Part shown: positions 1 through 9,978 of the stretch, one piece after another
Layout: every line of letters starts with the position of its first letter
How positions within the stretch are numbered: the first letter of the stretch is position 1
NCBI GenBank assembly: GCA_022562935.1
Contig: JADFOI010000001.1
Coordinates: forward strand, 15,982-79,981
Reading direction: 5' to 3'
From: Acidobacteriota bacterium
GTDB taxonomy: Bacteria > Acidobacteriota > UBA6911 > RPQK01 > JADFOI01
Length of the DNA: 64,000 bases
Position numbers and translations under genes: made by a program
Notes under the pieces: model-generated
Told to the model about the DNA's origin: nothing
Database searches by the model: none
What the model saw: only the letters and a program-made list of their open reading frames with translations

Positions 1-116
1 CATCCGAGTCTCACCTTCCTCGACGAAGGCTTTCAAGTAGTCGTTGGTGGAATCCACACGGTGCAGATAGTCGAATTGTTTGAAAAGTTTGCTCTCCTGG
101 GGTGTCTCAGGGTTCA
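1..116 (-). CDS. partial CDS (N-terminus only, runs off the window): possible BirA-like biotin--protein ligase
   Basis: Minus-strand ATG at 116 gives MNPETPQESKLFKQFDYLHRVDSTNDYLKAFVEEGETRM...; VDSTNDYL resembles the BirA N-domain motif; weak. Confidence 0.3.
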
Positions 117-135
117 TAGGAATTCATTAGCAGGG

Positions 136-1002
136 CTAGTGTCTCGTTCCCTTAAGGTCATCGGACTTATGGAGCGAGACACTGAAATCCACCGACGGAG
201 AGGAGTGAGTCAAGATCCCCAGAGAAATGAAATGAACTCCGGTCTCAGCATATTCAACCACATTACCTTCGTGGACACCTCCAGAAACCTCTAGCAGACA
301 GCGACCCCTGGTGATTTCGACCGCTTTCTGAACTTCCAGCGGACTCATATTGTCCAAAAGTACCCTCCCTGCTCCAGCATCGATGGCTTGGGACAGCTCC
401 ACGAAATTCCTGACCTCAATTTCGACCTCCAGGGAACCCCGGCAGGCATCCAGTGCCGCTTCAATGCCTCCTGCCATCGCCACATGGTTTTCCTTAATGA
501 GAATTCCATCGTACAAGCCCAACCTGTGATTCAGCCCTCCGCCCTTTCTCACGGCATACTTTTCCAGGCTTCGCCACAAAGGCGTGGTCTTACGTGTATC
601 CAAAATTTTTGCCTGAGTGTGGGCAACCAGTTGGACATATTTCTGAGTGAGAGTAGCCACCCCGCTAATGCGCTGCAGGAAATTCAACGCCACCCGTTCA
701 CCCTGAAGCAGTACGGAGGCCTTACCCTGCAGTTTTCCCACGATTGTCCCCCGATCCACCTGAGCACCTTCCTCAAAATGGACTTCAGCATCAATCTCAT
801 CCATGAGCTGAAAGACACGCAGGAAGACAGGCCATCCGGCCAAGATCAACGTCTCCTTGGCCAAGACCGCAGCTTGAGCCTGGATGGCCCCTTCTCTCGA
901 GGCTCCGGCTCTCTCGAGGATAGCCTCAGTGGTGAGATCTCCACGACCCAAGTCTTCTTCAAGAGCTCGTTTTAAGAGCGGATCAAGGTTGAGAAAGTCC
1001 AT
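136..1002 (-). CDS. nadC: nicotinate-nucleotide pyrophosphorylase (quinolinate phosphoribosyltransferase)
   Basis: 288 aa; typical NadC N-terminus [16 protein letters not shown] and full-length similarity as judged by eye. Confidence 0.85.
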   Translation of the reverse strand: MDFLNLDPLLKRALEEDLGRGDLTTEAILERAGASREGAIQAQAAVLAKETLILAGWPVFLRVFQLMDEIDAEVHFEEGAQVDRGTIVGKLQGKASVLLQGERVALNFLQRISGVATLTQKYVQLVAHTQAKILDTRKTTPLWRSLEKYAVRKGGGLNHRLGLYDGILIKENHVAMAGGIEAALDACRGSLEVEIEVRNFVELSQAIDAGAGRVLLDNMSPLEVQKAVEITRGRCLLEVSGGVHEGNVVEYAETGVHFISLGILTHSSPSVDFSVSLHKSDDLKGTRH

Positions 1003-3682
1003 CCAGTTTTGCTTTTAGTTTCTTGAGCTGTTCGACCGCTTCCTGGTGACGTCGGCGGACCCCATGAACCACGTGCTCAGGGGCCTTTTGGACAAAGTTC
1101 GCATTTTTCAGCTTCTTTTGCAGCTGTTGGACATTCGCTGTAGAACGATCGATCTGTTGGCTCAAACGTGTGCGGTCTGCTCCAAGATCAATGACCTCGT
1201 CCAAAACGAGCACGAAATCGGCTATTCGGGAAACTCCTTGAACCCGAAGGCCTCCAGTCTCCAGATTGGAGACAAATTCCACCTCCTTCAGCTGAGCCAA
1301 GTTTTTGATAGGGTGCAGCTGCGATTCGAGGAAATTCTGATACTCCGGCTTGCACAACAACTGCAGCGGAATCTTCTTTCGTGGATCGATGTTATTCTCC
1401 GACCTGGACGTCCGAATGGCAATCACCAAATCCTGCAGTCCCTCCATCTCATTTTCAGCGGCTGGGTCCATCCATTCCTGGTGAGCCTCCGGATAGGGGG
1501 CCACCATGACTGATTCCCCGGAATGGGGGAGTTCCTGCCACAGCTCTTCGGTGATGAAAGGAATAAAGGGATGCAACAGCCTCAGGCAGCTTTCCAGAAC
1601 ATAGGCCATGAGACGGCCCGTTCTTCTGCGTTCCTCAACATTTTCACTGGTAAAACCGATCTTTGCCAATTCAATGAACCAGTCGCAGAACTCGTGCCAG
1701 AAAAAATGGTAGAGGTTATTGCTGGCCTCGTGAAATCGAAATTTCTCCAGATTTTCATTGGTTTCAGCAATCACCTTTTGCAGCCTGCTGAGTATCCAAC
1801 GTTCCCCTAAATCCAGTTGTTTTCTTTGCCTCAGCTGTTCTACTTCCTGCTCGCTGACTGGCTCTTCCTGGTCTAAGTTCAACAGCAGGAAGCGACAAGC
1901 GTTCCAGATTTTGTTGCAGAATGCACGGTACCCGGTCATCCGACTGATGGAAAAGGGGATATCCGTTCCGGGGACCGCCATCACAGCCAGTGTAAAGCGC
2001 ATCGCATCCGTTCCATACTCATCGATGATCTGCAGTGGATCAATCACGTTGCCGCGAGACTTCGACATCTTTTGTCCCTGTTCGTCTCGAACAAGACCAT
2101 TGATATGGACGGTGTGAAAGGGGACTGCCTTCATGAAGCGGAGCCCCATCATCATCATTCGAGCCACCCAAAAGAAAATGATGTCAAAACCCGTGACCAG
2201 GGTATCGGTGGGATAGTACACCTGCAGATCTTTCGTCTGATCCGGCCATCCCATCGTGGAAAAAGGCCACAAAGCCGAGCTGAACCAGGTATCCAGGACA
2301 TCGGAGTCCTGTTTGAGTGAACTCCCCTGACAATGGGAACAGGTTGAAGGTTCCGTGAGAGCCACGGTGACCTCAGGACAATCACCACAATACCAGGCAG
2401 GGATACGATGTCCCCACCAAAGCTGCCGGCTGATACACCAATCGTGAATATTGCGCATCCACTCAAAATAGATACGTTCGTAGTTCTCCGGGACAAAGAC
2501 GGTCTGTCTGTTTTCCACGGCCTGAACCGCCGCCTCAGCCAACGGCTTCACTTTGACAAACCACTGCTTCGATACCAGAGGTTCGATCACCGTTTCACAT
2601 CGCTGACAAAGACCTAGGTTGTAGGAATGATCTTCGATTTTAACGACTAAGCCCAGCTTTTGCAGGTCCGAAACCACTTTTTTTCGCGCTTCGTAACGGT
2701 CCATTCCTCCGTAAGGTCCGGCTGCTTCAGTCATCCGCCCATCCTCTCCAATCACCTTAATAAGAAGCAAATCGTGGCGTCTTCCGGCTTCAAAATCGTT
2801 GGAATCGTGCCCGGGAGTGACCTTCACCACTCCCGTGCCAAACTCTCTCTCCACAAAATTGTCCGTGATGACAGGGATGTCCCGATCCATTAAAGGTAAA
2901 ACAACTTTACCACCGTGCAGATGAGTGTATCTTTCGTCTTCAGGATGAACGGCAACCGCCGTGTCGCCCAACATCGTTTCGGGCCTCGTTGTCGCCACCA
3001 CTACAAAATCGTCGCTCCCTTGAATCGGATACCGGATGTGCCACAGTTTCCCCTCAGAAAGCTTGTACTCCACCTCCAGATCGGAAATGGCCGTGCTGCA
3101 ACGCGGACACCAATTGACCAGGTATTCGCCCCGGTAAATGAGATCGTCCTGGTAAAGACGGACGAACACTTCCCGAACGGCCCGCGAGAGCCCTTCATCC
3201 AAAGTGAACCTCTTTCGACTCCAGTCCCAAGAACAACCGAGCCGTCGGGCCTGGTTCAAGATATTTGTCTCAGCCTGGTCCTTCCACTCCCAGACCATCT
3301 CCTCGAACTTCTCACGGCCCAGGTCCGTCCGTTTCTTCCCCTGCTCGGCCAGCTGCCGTTCCACGACGTTTTGCGTGGCAATACCGGCATGATCCGTCCC
3401 AGGCAGCCAAAGCACATCAAACCCTTTCATTCGCTTCCAGCGAATGATGATGTCCTGCAGGGTGTGGTTCAGGGCATGGCCCATGTGAAGGTTACCGGTC
3501 ACGTTGGGTGGCGGCAACACCATGGAATAACGTGGCTTTTCCGAGTCAGCATCGGCCCGGAAGAAGCCCTGCTCCATCCACCATCGATACCACTTCTCCT
3601 CCACCTCAGCCGGCACGTAGGCCTTGGAAATACTTTCAATCTTAGACACTGAAATCTTGACCTTTTCGAAAGGATCGGACAA
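983..3682 (-). CDS. valS: valyl-tRNA synthetase
   Basis: 899 aa; class I HIGH motif ([14 protein letters not shown]), KMSKS motif, C-terminal coiled-coil tail. Confidence 0.95.
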   Translation of the reverse strand: MSDPFEKVKISVSKIESISKAYVPAEVEEKWYRWWMEQGFFRADADSEKPRYSMVLPPPNVTGNLHMGHALNHTLQDIIIRWKRMKGFDVLWLPGTDHAGIATQNVVERQLAEQGKKRTDLGREKFEEMVWEWKDQAETNILNQARRLGCSWDWSRKRFTLDEGLSRAVREVFVRLYQDDLIYRGEYLVNWCPRCSTAISDLEVEYKLSEGKLWHIRYPIQGSDDFVVVATTRPETMLGDTAVAVHPEDERYTHLHGGKVVLPLMDRDIPVITDNFVEREFGTGVVKVTPGHDSNDFEAGRRHDLLLIKVIGEDGRMTEAAGPYGGMDRYEARKKVVSDLQKLGLVVKIEDHSYNLGLCQRCETVIEPLVSKQWFVKVKPLAEAAVQAVENRQTVFVPENYERIYFEWMRNIHDWCISRQLWWGHRIPAWYCGDCPEVTVALTEPSTCSHCQGSSLKQDSDVLDTWFSSALWPFSTMGWPDQTKDLQVYYPTDTLVTGFDIIFFWVARMMMMGLRFMKAVPFHTVHINGLVRDEQGQKMSKSRGNVIDPLQIIDEYGTDAMRFTLAVMAVPGTDIPFSISRMTGYRAFCNKIWNACRFLLLNLDQEEPVSEQEVEQLRQRKQLDLGERWILSRLQKVIAETNENLEKFRFHEASNNLYHFFWHEFCDWFIELAKIGFTSENVEERRRTGRLMAYVLESCLRLLHPFIPFITEELWQELPHSGESVMVAPYPEAHQEWMDPAAENEMEGLQDLVIAIRTSRSENNIDPRKKIPLQLLCKPEYQNFLESQLHPIKNLAQLKEVEFVSNLETGGLRVQGVSRIADFVLVLDEVIDLGADRTRLSQQIDRSTANVQQLQKKLKNANFVQKAPEHVVHGVRRRHQEAVEQLKKLKAKLDGLSQP

Positions 3683-3703
3683 AAAAAGGGGATTATAGCA
3701 GAA

Positions 3704-4426
3704 TCAGACGGTGCCCCGTTTCACAACGTCCCGGGTGACTTGGGTCACCATACGACGGAGCTCGGGTTTCAGCAACTCGAATAATCTATTGACCAGAAGA
3801 TCCACTTCCTGTCTATTCCAAGAGATGTTGGGCGCAAATCCTGGGTCATCCTCAATTGCTGGCTTGGGACTGACCCCCTGCGGGCTCACTTCCCGAGTAT
3901 AGAATGTGGGACGGGCTTGACACTGGAATGGGGTCAGGGCAAAAACAGTATTTTCATCTCCTCCGCTGATTTCCGGGTGAACCGGTAAAGCGAGTGCTCC
4001 ATCAGAATCCGGATCCTCGGATAACGATGATGGCGACTTCGCCGAGCCGGATTGAGAAATTGGCGTTTCCAGCAAGTTCTTGACCAGATCGACTAACTCT
4101 AACGCCCCTAAAGGCTTGGTCAGACGACAATGGTAGCCAACCTGCTCAGCCCTCTGCACATCAAAACCATCAAAGACACCCACCAGCAAAATCACTGGTG
4201 TACTCGCCGTCTCGGGATTCTGCTTCACTGCCCGGCACAATTCATAGCCGTCGAGGCCGGGAATGGCTACGTCCGCCAACAGGACATCAGCCGGCCCGGT
4301 CTTGAGATATTCCAGTGTGGAGGTCCCATCTTCGAAACAGTGGACCTCAATGTCCTCTGACTTGAAGCAAAGCTGAACCAGTTTTTGGATTGTCGGGCTG
4401 TCTTCCGCCAGGACCAGGTGGGGCAT
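3704..4426 (-). CDS. single-domain response regulator (CheY-like REC) with about 110 aa C-terminal region of unknown function
   Basis: N-terminal REC domain: LLADVAIPGLDG phospho-acceptor Asp region, conserved Lys in LTKP; no recognisable output domain. Confidence 0.65.
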   Translation of the reverse strand: MPHLVLAEDSPTIQKLVQLCFKSEDIEVHCFEDGTSTLEYLKTGPADVLLADVAIPGLDGYELCRAVKQNPETASTPVILLVGVFDGFDVQRAEQVGYHCRLTKPLGALELVDLVKNLLETPISQSGSAKSPSSLSEDPDSDGALALPVHPEISGGDENTVFALTPFQCQARPTFYTREVSPQGVSPKPAIEDDPGFAPNISWNRQEVDLLVNRLFELLKPELRRMVTQVTRDVVKRGTV

Positions 4427-4429
4427 GAA

Positions 4430-5428
4430 TTACTTGCCGTTGGACTGGGAATCGGTCTGAGCGCTATTTTCTTTCGGATGGCTACTTTCTTCCTGCTCCT
4501 TACGTTCCTCCGCTCTTCGCTGTGCCACTTTGTAGGGATCCTCGCGACCGGTAAAAATCTCCTTCATGCCACGTAGAGGAGCCATGAGGGAGAACCCATT
4601 CCCGGGCCTCAGATTAGCCTCATTTTTGGCCGCGGCAACAGGATCCACAGGGGGTACCGGCTTTTCAAGCAGGATAAGTCTTTGTTCCGCATTGCTGGCG
4701 AACTCACTGAAGGGATACTCGGAAACCACACGGGAATAGTAGACAGACGCCTCCTCGATGCGACCCAGGTTCTCCAGCGATCGGCTCAATCGAAACAAGG
4801 TCTGGTCCAACCTACTGTAGTCCGGGTAGCTCTCTAATACGCTTTTATACCGGCTTTCCGAGGCCAGGTGGGAATTCCTACTGAAATAGAAATCCCCGAC
4901 TCCCTGAATCCCCTGGGCAAGATTCTCCTGAACCTCCCACAAGAATTCCCAAGCAGTCGGAGCCAACTCACTCTCCGGATATTTCTGTAAAAAATTTTCC
5001 AGTTCCCTCTCGGCCTTTAACGCATAGGTCGAATCTCGGCCGGGGCCCCTCATCAACTTCACATTGACGGCGGCGATCTTCATCTGCGCGTCGTCGGCAA
5101 TCTCATGGGTGGGATAAAAGATAATAAAATCTTTATATTGCGCTTCCGCCTGCAAGAGATTGGTCGCGCCTCCTTCATGGTAAAAGGAGTCGGCTATGGA
5201 CAGGAATGAGGCGGGGGTATGTTCACTGTCCGGGTAGGTGTTGATCAAAGTCTGGAAGGAAAGTCTGGCTTTGATAAATTGGTTCTTTTCCAGAAATTTC
5301 ACGCCATTTTCGAACAACATCGTATCCGGTGCAATAGCTGCTTCCTGTAAACCCGCACTTTTCTGCCCACACGAGGAGAATAAAAATCCAGCCAGGAACA
5401 AAACGAACAGTTTAGTGCCTCGCTTCAT
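4430..5428 (-). CDS. BamD-like TPR outer-membrane lipoprotein with charged C-terminal extension
   Basis: Lipobox FSSC after signal peptide (MKRGTKLFVLFLAGFLFSSC); TPR-like repeats ending in YP motifs as in BamD/YfiO; start at MKRGT (5428) preferred over ORF-track start 5485 because the longer start overlaps rpe. Confidence 0.55.
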   Translation of the reverse strand: MKRGTKLFVLFLAGFLFSSCGQKSAGLQEAAIAPDTMLFENGVKFLEKNQFIKARLSFQTLINTYPDSEHTPASFLSIADSFYHEGGATNLLQAEAQYKDFIIFYPTHEIADDAQMKIAAVNVKLMRGPGRDSTYALKAERELENFLQKYPESELAPTAWEFLWEVQENLAQGIQGVGDFYFSRNSHLASESRYKSVLESYPDYSRLDQTLFRLSRSLENLGRIEEASVYYSRVVSEYPFSEFASNAEQRLILLEKPVPPVDPVAAAKNEANLRPGNGFSLMAPLRGMKEIFTGREDPYKVAQRRAEERKEQEESSHPKENSAQTDSQSNGK

Positions 5429-5468
5429 CAATACGGTAACCTTTGCTGAAGGGGTTTGCGAGCAAGTT

Positions 5469-6161
5469 TTAGGCAGAAATTGCATTGTTCCCTTTCAATA
5501 CCGCAGCTCCTTCGGCGATCCGCTGCATCTGATGAAATGTGTCCTTAGGACTCTGGGAATGGAAGATCGCTGATCCCGCTATCACAATATCCACACCAGA
5601 CTTAACCGCTTCTTCCGTGTTGTCAGGCCCCATGCCTCCATCAATCTCGATTTTAACATTCAAGCCTTGCGAATCAATCAAAGACTTGAGCTTTCTCACC
5701 TTGTCAAAGCTGGCAAAAATAAACTTTTGGCCCCCATATCCTGGATTCACCGACATCAAAAGGATATGGTGACATTTCTTCAGTATGTCTTCTAAGATTA
5801 GCACAGGTGTATGTGGGTTTAAAACCACCCCCGGCTGGGCACCTTTCTCACGGATTCTCTCCATAAGGCGATCCAGATGATCGACGGTCTCATAGTGAAC
5901 GCTGAGATAGTCTGCTCCAGCGTCGATGTAAGCTTCGACCATCTGCTCGGGATTGGAAATCATCAGGTGAACGTCCAGAAGGAGATCAGTGCTGTTCCTG
6001 AGTGCCTCAATCACGGGCAGACCGATGGTCAGATTGGGCACGAAATGACCATCCATAACGTCTACGTGGAGTATCCGAGCTCCGGCCTCTTGGATGTTGC
6101 GAATTTCCTGTCCCAGGTTGAGGAAGTCTGCAGAAAGTATAGACGGTGCAATCAGGGCCAT
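5469..6161 (-). CDS. rpe: ribulose-phosphate 3-epimerase
   Basis: 230 aa; PSILSADF...HVDVMDGHFVPNLT signature. Confidence 0.9.
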   Translation of the reverse strand: MALIAPSILSADFLNLGQEIRNIQEAGARILHVDVMDGHFVPNLTIGLPVIEALRNSTDLLLDVHLMISNPEQMVEAYIDAGADYLSVHYETVDHLDRLMERIREKGAQPGVVLNPHTPVLILEDILKKCHHILLMSVNPGYGGQKFIFASFDKVRKLKSLIDSQGLNVKIEIDGGMGPDNTEEAVKSGVDIVIAGSAIFHSQSPKDTFHQMQRIAEGAAVLKGNNAISA

Positions 6162-6898
6162 CAGCGGGCAACCTCCAAGTTAATGGCATCCTGTTCTGTC
6201 AGGATATAGCCAGGCTCCGGAAATTGTTTAACCACAGCACCTCTGGCAGCGTCCGGATAGTCCCCGTACCGAAGGTTGCCCAATTTGAAGTCATTTTTCT
6301 CGAAATAGAGAAGTACCGCATTTAAAGTCTGTCCGGTGACATCAGGCATCACATAGCGCTCGAGGAATCCCCCACTGACCAGGACATCAATTTCTGGACT
6401 CAGAAGATCTTTCGAGTCGGGTGGAGGAAATTGCTGTACAATCTGTCCTTTTGGAATCTCACTCATCGAAATTTCACTGATATTTCCCAATTCGAATCCT
6501 GCGTCTGCCGCCATCAATCGTGCCACCCTTAAAGGAGATCCTCTCAAATCTGGAACGGGATGCGTTTTCGTTCCCAGGCTCAGAATGATCTGAACTTTTC
6601 TTTCCGCCTTCATGGTTCTCCCGGGTTGAGGGTGCTGAGAAATAACGACTCCTCTGGGAATCTCTGGGTCGAAGCGCTCCCCCATAACCTCCCTCTTCAG
6701 GTGAACCCTCTCAAGGATCTCTGTGGCCTCTCCCATCGGCTTTCCAGCAATCGAGGGTACTTCTACATCTGTCCCCCGAACCGCCAGTCGCATTCCCAGG
6801 TAAGCGCTGGAGAGCCCCACGGCAATCAAAACCCCCACAAGGACGGTCAACTGGCCCACCATCAGGATCTGCTCATGGATCGTACGTCCCGGCGGCAT
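6161..6898 (-). CDS. PASTA-domain membrane protein (TM helix plus three PASTA repeats, no kinase domain)
   Basis: Start MPPGRT (ATG at 6898) rather than ORF-track 7102; the longer start is translated simple-sequence repeat. One TM helix (LMVGQLTVLVGVLIAVGL) then three about 65-aa repeats of PASTA type. Confidence 0.65.
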   Translation of the reverse strand: MPPGRTIHEQILMVGQLTVLVGVLIAVGLSSAYLGMRLAVRGTDVEVPSIAGKPMGEATEILERVHLKREVMGERFDPEIPRGVVISQHPQPGRTMKAERKVQIILSLGTKTHPVPDLRGSPLRVARLMAADAGFELGNISEISMSEIPKGQIVQQFPPPDSKDLLSPEIDVLVSGGFLERYVMPDVTGQTLNAVLLYFEKNDFKLGNLRYGDYPDAARGAVVKQFPEPGYILTEQDAINLEVAR

Positions 6899-7235
6899 GC
6901 GCGCTTCGCGCTTCGTGCGGTCGTGCGTGGGCGCTTCGCGTCCCGTGCTTTCGTGCTTTCGTGCTTTCGTGCTGTAAGGCAGGCGCGATTGGCGCTTTGT
7001 GCTTTCGTGCGTAGGCGCTTCGCGCTTCGTGCTGTTGGGCTGTTGGGCGGTCGTGCCGTCGTGCGTGGGTTTTGTCATCTCGTGGCCCCTCGGCCCTCGC
7101 ATTCAATCTAGCATGCTGCGTTTGAGTGTGTCTAATGACGAGGGACAGGAAAGGAGATTAGGGACAGGCCCCGACTGCACGACAGCACGAACGCACGAAA
7201 GCACGAACGCACGAGCGCGCTCCGCGCGATTTCAC
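6899..7235. repeat. composite simple-sequence repeat block (cgtgctttcgtg units, inverted arms) around a GGGACAGGCCCC core
   Basis: Left arm with tandem cgtgctttcgtg / gcgcttcgcgcttcgtg units; right arm (7165-7215) carries the reverse-complement units gcacgaaagcacg; core 7142-7172 has gggacagg...gggacaggcccc. Confidence 0.7.
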
Positions 7236-7238
7236 GGG

Positions 7239-8513
7239 CTAAACCCGCTTCACTCGGGCGGCAAAGAAGCAGTCCCCTGGATGGGACTCTGGGTAAGTTC
7301 GATGAAAATCACCGATCAACGCAGCATCGGGCTCCTTACTCAGAAACTCTTCGATGACCAATTCATTTTCCTCAGGTTCCGTCGAACAAGTTGAATAAGT
7401 CAGCACTCCCCCCGGACGAAGTATAGAAAAACCGCTCCGGAGCAGGGAAACCTGCTTGGTATGAAAACGAAACAGGTCACCTTCTCGAATCTTCCAGCGA
7501 ATATCCGGGTTCGAGCGCAGCGTACCCAATCCGCTGCAGGAAACATCCAGAAGCACAAAGTCGAACGGTTTTCGAAAAGGTGGAGTGGAGCTGAGATCGG
7601 CATGGATAAAGCTCAGATCGGGAACTTGAAGGAACTGAGCCCGATTCCGCGTTTCTCTCAGTCGTTCAAAGCTGGAGTCACAACAGCAAAGCTGAGCATC
7701 TTTCTCCTTCTGAGACGCTAACAAGAATGATTTTCCCCCAGGAGCACAACAAAAATCAGCCAGCCTGCGATGATTCCTGACCTCGGCAAGATAGGCGATT
7801 TCCTGGCTGGCCACATCCATAAAGAAACAGAGCCCTTCCTTATAGGCACGGTGCTGAGTGAAACCTGAGGCATCCACAGTGATGCAATTGGGCAATCGGG
7901 GATAGACCTGGTAGGAAATCTCCTCATTGTCGAGTTGCCTGCAAAAAGATTGCAGGTCGGTTTTGAAGACGTTGACCCAAAGCGCTGGAACGGGTGGCTC
8001 ATTGTTCCTTCGCAATAAGTGCTCCGTTTGCTCGACCCCGTATCGAGTCAAATAGCGCTGGACCAGCCATTCAGGGTGGCTGAACCGCACCGCCAAGGCA
8101 CGGGCAGATGCGCCCTCAGGAAGGGCAGGTATCTCGCGCAGGAAACTGCGTAGTATGGCATTCACGAACCCTGCGGCGGAAGCCTTACGAAACTGCCGGC
8201 ACAACTCGACCGCCTGGTGGACAGCCGCGTGATCGGGAATTCGAAGAAATTCGATTTCATAAAGAGCCAAACGCAGGACCCAGAGAATGCTCTCATCCAA
8301 TCTCTCAATCGGTATTCGCGAGAGCTCTCCGACATAGTGATCCAAAAGACGCCGATTTCTCAATACGCCATAGACCAACTCGGTGACCAAGCGACGGTTG
8401 CGTTCATCAAGATCCAGAAAATCGACATCCTGAGAAAGGAAATCGAGATGATGGTGAGGTTTGAAAAGATCTCGCAGAAAGCGGACAGCCACGGCGCGTG
8501 GTGGAGTACTCAA
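7239..8513 (-). CDS. rsmB: 16S rRNA (cytosine967-C5)-methyltransferase RsmB/Sun
   Basis: 424 aa; NusB-like N-domain and SAM-MTase core (FCCAPGGKS, DVSCSGLG, TYSTCS). Confidence 0.85.
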   Translation of the reverse strand: MSTPPRAVAVRFLRDLFKPHHHLDFLSQDVDFLDLDERNRRLVTELVYGVLRNRRLLDHYVGELSRIPIERLDESILWVLRLALYEIEFLRIPDHAAVHQAVELCRQFRKASAAGFVNAILRSFLREIPALPEGASARALAVRFSHPEWLVQRYLTRYGVEQTEHLLRRNNEPPVPALWVNVFKTDLQSFCRQLDNEEISYQVYPRLPNCITVDASGFTQHRAYKEGLCFFMDVASQEIAYLAEVRNHRRLADFCCAPGGKSFLLASQKEKDAQLCCCDSSFERLRETRNRAQFLQVPDLSFIHADLSSTPPFRKPFDFVLLDVSCSGLGTLRSNPDIRWKIREGDLFRFHTKQVSLLRSGFSILRPGGVLTYSTCSTEPEENELVIEEFLSKEPDAALIGDFHRTYPESHPGDCFFAARVKRV

Positions 8514-9475
8514 GTAAAGAGGTCTCCCACCCTGGGATTTATGCCATTCACGAAATCACGGGCCGAAATACGGGCCCGATTGGGGAGCTGCAACTCTCCC
8601 AGGGACAAAAGCGTCGTTTGTCCGCACTCGACAATGATCTCGTCCTGACCCAAGGCCAGAATCGCACCGGGTCGACCTGAAAGCCTCGAATCCCCCTCAA
8701 TTTCTTCCACTCTTCGGCTACGCCAGATCTTGACCTTTCCCCCCTGAAAATGAGCAGCGGCCGTTGGCCACGGATTGAGGGCACGAATCCAGTTATGAAT
8801 TTCTGGAGCGGACCGATTCCAGTCGATCTGAGCGTCCTGCTTTGCCATTCGAGGCGCATAGGTGGCCTTCTTGTGATCCTGAGGTTGGGGGCGCATCTCT
8901 CCCTTCGCATAGGGAGGGAGGGTTTGGATGAGCAGTTTCGCCCCTTGGTGGGCCAAAAGGTCCTCCAGCTCTCCCTGCGTCGTGTTTTCTTCGACGGCGA
9001 CCGTGCCCTGAGAGACGATGTCTCCGGTATCCATTCCCTCGTCAATTTTCATAATCGTAACCCCAGTTTGGGTGTCCCCGTTGATGAGGGTATGGGCGAT
9101 GGGGGCTGCGCCCCGATATTTGGGAAGAAGTGAGGCATGCACATTCAGGCTTCCCAGAGGCGGGTAATCGAAGAATTCAGGAGTCAAGATCTGCCCAAAG
9201 GCGACAATAACAATTAATTGAGGATCTTTTTCTCTCAAAAACTGCAGGGCATCCGGATTGTCGCGCAGACGCTCGGATTGGAACACAGGAAGGCCGGATT
9301 GCTCGGCCAGAACCTTCACCGGGGGCGGAGTAAGTTTCTGTCCTCGGCCAGCCGGCCGATCCGGTTGACTCACGACTCCCACCAACTCAAAGTCCGAACT
9401 CGAGAAATTCAGGAGGGCCTGGAGTGAAGGTATGGCAAATTCCGGGGTTCCCAGGAACAGCACTCGCATTACCAC
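8510..9475 (-). CDS. fmt: methionyl-tRNA formyltransferase
   Basis: 321 aa; MRVLFLGTPEFA N-terminus, SLLPKYRGAAPI motif. Confidence 0.95.
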   Translation of the reverse strand: MVMRVLFLGTPEFAIPSLQALLNFSSSDFELVGVVSQPDRPAGRGQKLTPPPVKVLAEQSGLPVFQSERLRDNPDALQFLREKDPQLIVIVAFGQILTPEFFDYPPLGSLNVHASLLPKYRGAAPIAHTLINGDTQTGVTIMKIDEGMDTGDIVSQGTVAVEENTTQGELEDLLAHQGAKLLIQTLPPYAKGEMRPQPQDHKKATYAPRMAKQDAQIDWNRSAPEIHNWIRALNPWPTAAAHFQGGKVKIWRSRRVEEIEGDSRLSGRPGAILALGQDEIIVECGQTTLLSLGELQLPNRARISARDFVNGINPRVGDLFT

Positions 9476-9978
9476 TCTCCGGCACGAATGAGCTTTTTGA
9501 TTTTCCTCTTGATCAGATCACGCTTCAAAAACGATGCACGATCCAGGTAGAGAATGCCATCCAAGTGATCAATCTCGTGGCAGACGACTCTTGCCAGGAG
9601 CCCTTCGGCATCCAACTCCTGGGGATTGCCCTCCAGATCTTGTCCCACTACATGAATTTTACTGGGCCGTTCAACAACGGCTATGAATCCCGGGATACTC
9701 AGACACCCCTCCTCGGCTTCCTGAGTCCCTTCCTGTTCTGTAATTTCCGGGTTGGTGAAAATGATCTGGTGGCCTTTCTCCTCTCCTCCCGTGATGTCGA
9801 TGACCAGCAGCCGAAAATTGACCCCTACCTGAGGCGCCGCCAACCCGATGCCAGGAGCGGAATACATGGTTTCCAGCATATCTTCTGCCAGAGTCTTGAT
9901 TTCCTGGTCGAACCGGGTAATGGGCGTACTTTCGGTCTCGAGCTCAGGAGCCCCGAACTTCAAGATGGGCCGGATCAT
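9469..9978 (-). CDS. def: peptide deformylase
   Basis: 169 aa; GIGLAAPQ, EGCLSIPG, HEIDHLDG motifs. Confidence 0.95.
   Translation of the reverse strand: MIRPILKFGAPELETESTPITRFDQEIKTLAEDMLETMYSAPGIGLAAPQVGVNFRLLVIDITGGEEKGHQIIFTNPEITEQEGTQEAEEGCLSIPGFIAVVERPSKIHVVGQDLEGNPQELDAEGLLARVVCHEIDHLDGILYLDRASFLKRDLIKRKIKKLIRAGEW

Noticed and set aside
388-975. 195-aa plus-strand ORF
   Set aside because: Antisense to nadC, which has clear family signatures.
2915-3652. 245-aa plus-strand ORF
   Set aside because: Antisense to valS.
6560-7111. ORFs 6560..7111 (+) and 6873..7106 (-) with His/Ala/Arg-rich repetitive translations
   Set aside because: Encoded by the cgtgctttcgtg SSR block and antisense of the PASTA gene.
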